64,000 nucleotides of DNA from Candidatus Latescibacterota bacterium. Its GTDB lineage: Bacteria; Latescibacterota; UBA2968. A model generated the notes under the pieces. The model was not told the origin of the DNA. It was given only the letters and a program-made list of their open reading frames with translations, and searched no databases. Location of the stretch: NCBI GenBank assembly GCA_965204745.1, contig OZ242010.1, forward strand, positions 768,001 through 832,000, in the 5' to 3' direction. The position numbers and the translations under genes were made by a program. Shown here one piece after another: positions 58,536-64,000 of this stretch (position 1 is the stretch's first letter; the number at the start of each line of letters is the position of its first letter).

Positions 58536-59174
58536 AAGACCCTCCTGTGAAAGAATTCGGTTGATGGTGGTCGGCTCATACGCCAACCCACTCAAGACCG
58601 CCAAACTGCCCAAAAAGTCAACCTTGTCTGCTGCATCCAACGAAACCGCATCGCTCTTGCGAACACATTCACGCAACCAGTCCTCGGAAGCCATCCCCAC
58701 AGGAGGCTGCATCAACGGCGCGAAAGGAAGCAAGCCTGCCTGACCGCCTTCAAGAATGCCTTGCCCGTCTATCTCGTTCAACCGAATCACCTTGTATTCT
58801 ACAAGGACGCGATAGCCGGGAAGTTCTTGCGTGTAGTATCCTTCATCGCGTCGCCCGGCATTGGGACGCAAGTAAATCACATGGGCATAGACCGGCAGGC
58901 CATAGCGTTCGATGAGGCGGAGGATATAGATCGCCATGCGAATAGCCATATTCGCACTGTCGGTGGTTTGAAATTCCGTGTGAACCAAGACCTGCTTGCC
59001 GTCGATCCGCACGCGAATGAGGCTATCGACCAGGCGCGTGTCAACCATCGGGAGTTCGTTGTCGAGAACTTCTTCAACTTCAATTTCGACATCCTCGCGT
59101 CCGAGTGCCAAGCGGACGATGGCTTGCGGGAAGATGCGAATCAACAGTTTGGAAATCGTATCGTATTCTGCCAT
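58209..59174 (-). CDS. Rpn/YhgA-like PD-(D/E)XK nuclease (copy 2)
   Basis: Paralogue of 9167-10168; HTEFQT; five EQGI repeats. Confidence 0.85.
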   Translation of the reverse strand: MAEYDTISKLLIRIFPQAIVRLALGREDVEIEVEEVLDNELPMVDTRLVDSLIRVRIDGKQVLVHTEFQTTDSANMAIRMAIYILRLIERYGLPVYAHVIYLRPNAGRRDEGYYTQELPGYRVLVEYKVIRLNEIDGQGILEGGQAGLLPFAPLMQPPVGMASEDWLRECVRKSDAVSLDAADKVDFLGSLAVLSGLAYEPTTINRILSQEGLMDAIMRESSFAQYLKEQFKEQFIEQGIEQGIEQGIEQGIEQGIERGVRERAVEDLLDVLEIRFDPAVAGQFAARIAAIDDLQRLKQLLRSAVQGDDLEAFQRVLDAEA

Positions 59175-59593
59175 GAGGCTCCTCCTGACGTGTCATTGTT
59201 TGAACGACTTGGAGAAAAAATAAATAATCTCCAATCCCTCTCGCGCTGTCAAGTGATTTTCCCATTCGCGCCCTCCAACCACCCATCCGCCCGTGCGTTC
59301 CCTTCCTCTCCGCCCATCCGTGTCTGAATCGCGGATTAAACGGATTAGGGGATTTCGCGGATTATCCCCCACATCCCTACCGCAGCTTCATCGTTCCCCC
59401 GCTATGTCCTTCGCATCCTCCGTCGCCATCAACCGTAGGGACAGGCTCCTGTGCCTGCCCTCAGTCAGTGGTCAATGCGAATTAAGAGTAGAAAGCGAGC
59501 AAGAAGCAAGCGCGGTCAATCGTCCAAAGACATGAACGAGTGAGTTGTCATCTGATCGTACCCGATGAGAAACCAGTCGCAGAGATGATAGCC

Positions 59594-60574
59594 CTATTCC
59601 ATCGGATATTTCAATCCCCATTGGGCGCGCACGGCATCCAGCGTTTGCATATTCGCAAGCGTGTCGCTGTGGGACATGAGATCGCTTTCCAACTTGCCCG
59701 CCCGCACGCATCGCGCCACTTCGGCCGCTTCGCACTCGTACCCATTGCCCGCACATTCGAGCGTCACCACTTCCTCTTTGCCGCCGGCAGATAGGGTTGC
59801 CGTGCGCCCATCCCAAAATTGCGCGATGCTGATCATGCCATCCGTGCCCAAAATTTTGGCCTCGTGCGGGGTCTTGATTCTCACACCGCAGGAAATCAGC
59901 GCGAGTTGCCCGTCATCGTACCCAAATACCATCGCGGCCTGTTCATCCACCCCGGTCGCGCCGATATGGGCTCGACTCGAAATGGTGGTGGGTTGCGCGT
60001 CAAAAATCAGGGACGCATAAGAAATCGGGTAAATCCCCACGTCGAGCAACCCGCCGCCGCCGAGCGCGAGATCGAACAACCGGCCCTTGGGATTGACCTT
60101 GGCGCGAAACCCAAAATCCGCGTACAACATCCGCACCTCGCCTATCGCGCCCCCTGTCACCCACGCCTTCACCTGTCGGGTAATGGGCAAAAACCGCGTC
60201 CACATCGCCTCCATTAAAAACACGCCCTCTCGCCGCGCGACTTCGATCACGTCTCGCGTTTCGCGTTGGTTGATCGCAAACGGCTTTTCGCACAACACGG
60301 GCTTGCCCGCCTCCAAACACAAAATGCTGTGTTCTTTGTGAAAGGGATGGGGCGTCGCCACGTAAATCGCATCGACCTCTGGATCGCGTGCCAATGCCTC
60401 ATAAGAAGCGTACCTGCGGGGCACATCAAACGCATCGGCAAACGCATCGGCGCGCTCCTGACTGCGCGCCCCCACGGCGACGACTTGAGCATCGTCAAGT
60501 GCGCGCAATCCCGTTGCAAACTTTTTTGCAATACCGCCAGGGCCGAGAATGCCCCATCGAAAAACATCGCCCAT
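59594..60574 (-). CDS. Gfo/Idh/MocA oxidoreductase
   Basis: WGILGPGGIA, YVATPH, CEKP, MEAMWTRF, GGGLLDVGIY. Confidence 0.93.
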   Translation of the reverse strand: MGDVFRWGILGPGGIAKKFATGLRALDDAQVVAVGARSQERADAFADAFDVPRRYASYEALARDPEVDAIYVATPHPFHKEHSILCLEAGKPVLCEKPFAINQRETRDVIEVARREGVFLMEAMWTRFLPITRQVKAWVTGGAIGEVRMLYADFGFRAKVNPKGRLFDLALGGGGLLDVGIYPISYASLIFDAQPTTISSRAHIGATGVDEQAAMVFGYDDGQLALISCGVRIKTPHEAKILGTDGMISIAQFWDGRTATLSAGGKEEVVTLECAGNGYECEAAEVARCVRAGKLESDLMSHSDTLANMQTLDAVRAQWGLKYPME

Positions 60575-60632
60575 TGTCAATCCTTTCTTTTGATGATAAG
60601 ATGAAATGTCTTCCCCGATGCTGGAGTACATA

Positions 60633-61051
60633 ATACCAATTTGATTTTATATTTTCCGCATCCCGCTTCACATCAGAGATGAATGAGGAACAGACATTGC
60701 TTGCCTCAAGCGTTTGGCCCTACAGCCTCGTTGGTTGCCTTCGATGCCTTCGGCGACCTACTTTTTTTCTACAGCAAAAAAAAGTAGGCGAGCGGGGTAC
60801 AACTGCCCCAGCAGTTCAAAAATGCCGCTCTCAAACGCCGAGGGGCTTGCACAGCGCAAAGCGCTTTTGTAACAGAACGATACGCGCCAGCCTGCAAAGT
60901 AGGTTGCATAATGGATGTTGGTTGCGAGACGGCCTTGCGCGCTGTGCGTGATGGCTTGATCGGATGGTGTTTGCGATAGCAGGAGTGCCATGGCTTCGCT
61001 CGTTGTCCGCATACCGCATCACATTAGGACAACAGAAATTCAATTTGGTAT
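60633..61051. mobile_element. MITE-like non-coding element (copy B) flanked by a 24-bp direct repeat
   Basis: Same TIRs as copy A; AATGTCTTCCCCGATGCTGGAGTA at 60605-60628 and 61052-61075. Confidence 0.75.
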
Positions 61052-61075
61052 AATGTCTTCCCCGATGCTGGAGTA

Positions 61076-61978
61076 TCAAATGCGATCATCAACCGACTTT
61101 GCGCCAGCTTCGGCAGTACCCCGATCCAAGGTTTGTGAACTGACAAACTCGATAATCTGCGGGAGTGTCATTGTGCCAATGGGTCGCGCCTCGCGCAACA
61201 AGAGCAGTGCGGCGACGGTCGCATGGGTGCTCGCCGCAACCCGTTGCAAGTTTTCACGTATGATTTGCGGCAGGGCGTCGCCGATGGCTTGTAGAAGATC
61301 GGCTTCAATTCGCTGTTCGAGGACGCGCTCGCGTTCGTTTTCGTCGGCTTGGGCCAGCGCGCTACGCCATTTCTCAAGGTGCCTCGAGCGGATCGCCAGC
61401 AGATCGAGCCCCGGATTGCCCAACCGAGCGGCACACTTTTCAACTATAGGATCAAAGCGATGCGCCTCCCAACCGAGATCGATGCGGTCCTTGAGGTCGG
61501 CAACGAGCCTTGGCCCATCCTCTGGATCATCGAGCAGGTCGCATGCTTCAATCGCGCCATTGAGCACTTCTCGAAGCCGACCGACGAGGCGATCACAACA
61601 AGCGGCGTAATGGGCGGCATTGTCTGGTGTTCCGCGGCCGCATGCCTCCTTGAACCAACGATGGACAAAGGCATAAGTTTTCTGATCTCGCTTTTTGCTC
61701 AGGTCTAAATTGTGAGCCACATAGGTTCGCAAAGTAGAAATTTCGTTGCGGAGTGAATTGTTGGCCCTTAGCGGCGGCAAATTCGTGAGAAATGTGAGCG
61801 GAATTTTTGCCGCTTCATTGACGAGCGCGTATCCCCAGATGACCAACCGATAAAATGCCAACTCATCGCCAAAGTCAGAGGGCAATGGCAACGAGATTTC
61901 GGCGCAACTGTTCGGGCAGTGGATGGAAACGCGCCTGCGAAGTGATTGGTACAGGTTGCTCAATTCAATCGGCGTCAT
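61076..61978 (-). CDS. Hypothetical protein, possible HEPN-like motif
   Basis: 300-aa ORF with ATGA overlap to the upstream gene; LRTYVAH matches Rx4H. Confidence 0.6.
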   Translation of the reverse strand: MTPIELSNLYQSLRRRVSIHCPNSCAEISLPLPSDFGDELAFYRLVIWGYALVNEAAKIPLTFLTNLPPLRANNSLRNEISTLRTYVAHNLDLSKKRDQKTYAFVHRWFKEACGRGTPDNAAHYAACCDRLVGRLREVLNGAIEACDLLDDPEDGPRLVADLKDRIDLGWEAHRFDPIVEKCAARLGNPGLDLLAIRSRHLEKWRSALAQADENERERVLEQRIEADLLQAIGDALPQIIRENLQRVAASTHATVAALLLLREARPIGTMTLPQIIEFVSSQTLDRGTAEAGAKSVDDRI

Positions 61979-64000
61979 CGTCTGCGCCTCGGGCGTAGCG
62001 GATCGGCAATGGGGCCAATATAGTTGAAGGCGATGCCAAACCCTCGCAGTTCTCGACCATGGGCGAGATCGTCATTTGGGAAATCGTGCATTCGCACCAA
62101 AATTGGTCTGCCAATACCCTCTACGCGAACCCGCCAGTTGTTCTCTCTCCTCGCTTCGACGCGCCCTCGAAATTGACGCGGGGAACCGTTCTCGTCCGTC
62201 TCCATGAGCCACCGCACTACCCGCGCTGGATCCTCGTATTCTGTATCGCGCGACAGCGACTGCCATATCTCAATGGCGGCGTTCGTGTCCTTGAGTAACC
62301 AGCATAACACCGCTTCGAGAAACCGCTCCCGGTTGCGTGCGTCTGCACCGGCTTGTTCGTTGAGAGCACTCACGATCTCGCGTAGCTCAAAAATCAGGTC
62401 CGGGTCCACGGGGGTGCGCCCGCGCTGATTGAACATCAGACGCTCGCCCGTCGACTGTGCCCACCGCAACCTGAGCAAGAGCCGTTGGCAACGGTCATCC
62501 AGCACAATTCCCTTCTTGACGCGATTGGATATGTAGTCCGCCGTTCGCGCTGCGATTTTGCGAGTCTTGTCGTCGAAAGGCGGCTCGCTCCTATCGACAG
62601 GCTCCGTCCACCGCTTTGCCATGAGGAAGGTCGCTGCCGCGGGTGCGACGCTTTCCAACTCGATAAGCGTCTCATCGCTCAACTTCGCGTCGCCCATAAT
62701 GTCTGCAACACTGCTACGACGCTCGAGATACCTCGTTTTTTGTTCTGAGGCACCTCCCCCCTCGTCTGGATCAGCGTATTCTTGAAAATCATTCGGGATT
62801 CCATCCTTCTTTTCCTTCACCCTGAAGACTTCATCTCCAACATCAATAGTTGCGTGCAGGTCGGCTAAAATTTCCGCACGTTGTGCATCGGACATTTCGT
62901 CCTTTTTTGCTTTGAGCACATCGCTCGCTGTCCAAAGGGAGATGTCAATGGGATGGGTGTTCCTGCCAAGTCCAATGGCTTTCTCGCTTGCCATCCTTGC
63001 GGCGAGATAGTCTGACCAAAATTCCTCTCCTGTGCTGTACTGCGCACGCTCGATGGCGAGGTATCCGTATATCGCCGAGCGTTCTGCAACAAGGCTTTGT
63101 TTTGTCTTGCTGGATACTGCAATTTTCTCGTCGTCAATTTGACGGAGCGTCTTTTCGATAGTATCTCGAGCATCATCCAAGATGGTCAATCGTTCGTCGT
63201 CAGTTCTATCATCATAATCGCTTTGTGACCGGGAGACCGCCCTTCGCCGAAATACGCATTCGGGCAAAACGAGGTCTGGATCGGATATTCGGTAGTGCTC
63301 CCGCAACTTCTTGAGCGCGTCGGCAAACTGCAGGTACCCAGAGCGGTACGCCTCTTTGCGCGGTCCATTCCGAATCGTGAACAGCAGGTTGAACAAGAAC
63401 GAACGCTCGGCACTTTGATCCAATCCAAATCTGACGTTGCCGATTAGATCGAGCAGTCGCTCGATTTCCTGCTCGGGAGTAAGTCTGCGCCTACATATAA
63501 GTTCTGCCTCGAGCTGTATGCGTGGCGAAATCAGGAAATCCGCTCCTTCTTCGTCCTCCTTCCAGCGGAACAGATCGAGATCGGCGAAGAGATAGGTGAT
63601 TTGATCCAGATGCAGACCACCTGCCTGACCGAGCAGGCGAAAAATGACATTGGTCGGCACTGCACAATCCAACCGACCAGCGACCATCACATAATCAACC
63701 AGTCGTCCCGCTTCGTCCAGACCCAAAGCCGCGAGCTTTTCATTCTCCTTGAACAACGGCGAAGTTGAACTGGCGATACCCAAATCAATCAACTGTTGCG
63801 CTAAGGGAGATAGCCCAGTAGATGGCCGTGGCACATACCTTGCCCGCTCCCGCACAACACTTTCGGTAGCTCTCGCTTCCGTTGACACGCCTGCGGCGAG
63901 GCGTTCGCGTGAGGCGGGCAACCTGCGGTATAGCATGGCAAAGATCGAGTCAGTAGTGCGTTGAGTATAGTAGCCTGTCGCAGGATGACCGAATTTGTTC
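61975..64000 (-). CDS. Large hypothetical protein, 5' end outside the window (helical repeats + C-terminal OB-like fold)
   Basis: Frame open to the window edge; C-terminus FRGRV...FGIAFNYIGPIA. Confidence 0.65.
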   Translation of the reverse strand, partial: NKFGHPATGYYTQRTTDSIFAMLYRRLPASRERLAAGVSTEARATESVVRERARYVPRPSTGLSPLAQQLIDLGIASSTSPLFKENEKLAALGLDEAGRLVDYVMVAGRLDCAVPTNVIFRLLGQAGGLHLDQITYLFADLDLFRWKEDEEGADFLISPRIQLEAELICRRRLTPEQEIERLLDLIGNVRFGLDQSAERSFLFNLLFTIRNGPRKEAYRSGYLQFADALKKLREHYRISDPDLVLPECVFRRRAVSRSQSDYDDRTDDERLTILDDARDTIEKTLRQIDDEKIAVSSKTKQSLVAERSAIYGYLAIERAQYSTGEEFWSDYLAARMASEKAIGLGRNTHPIDISLWTASDVLKAKKDEMSDAQRAEILADLHATIDVGDEVFRVKEKKDGIPNDFQEYADPDEGGGASEQKTRYLERRSSVADIMGDAKLSDETLIELESVAPAAATFLMAKRWTEPVDRSEPPFDDKTRKIAARTADYISNRVKKGIVLDDRCQRLLLRLRWAQSTGERLMFNQRGRTPVDPDLIFELREIVSALNEQAGADARNRERFLEAVLCWLLKDTNAAIEIWQSLSRDTEYEDPARVVRWLMETDENGSPRQFRGRVEARRENNWRVRVEGIGRPILVRMHDFPNDDLAHGRELRGFGIAFNYIGPIADPLRPRRRR

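Overview
GC-rich bacterial chromosomal window. The C-terminal DFNADGKVDFNDFLQFA-type EF-hand/dockerin tag, the sulfatases and the DUF1800/DUF1501 pair suggest a Latescibacterota/Poribacteria-like organism (inference only). The housekeeping backbone is rpe-ffh-rpsP-rimM-trmD-rplS-tRNA-Val, cyoE, gpmI, dinG and a TRAP transporter. It is interleaved with mobile and accessory DNA: two near-identical inverted IS110 elements, an IS903-group IS5 with a 9-bp TSD, two Rpn/YhgA genes, a twice-present MITE-like element, three type II TA pairs, a single-chain restriction-modification enzyme and an unannotated defence-like operon at the right edge. Intergenic DNA is dominated by 7-nt repeat families (GTGAGAC/GCAAGAG/GGGAGAC and GTGGTCA) and GTAG-type REP palindromes. 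Best-supported novel signal: the IS110 non-coding end contains four guide segments, in the correct order, matching both the reconstructed target and the circle (donor) junction, i.e. a readable bridge RNA that appears programmed to insert into the host's own heptamer repeats. Other notable signals are nested internal-start (antitoxin-like) ORFs in both Rpn genes, a cassette-like array at the trmD stop codon, and apparently dead catalytic domains in RNase II, DinG exonuclease and Rel synthetase. All calls were made by eye, without database searches.
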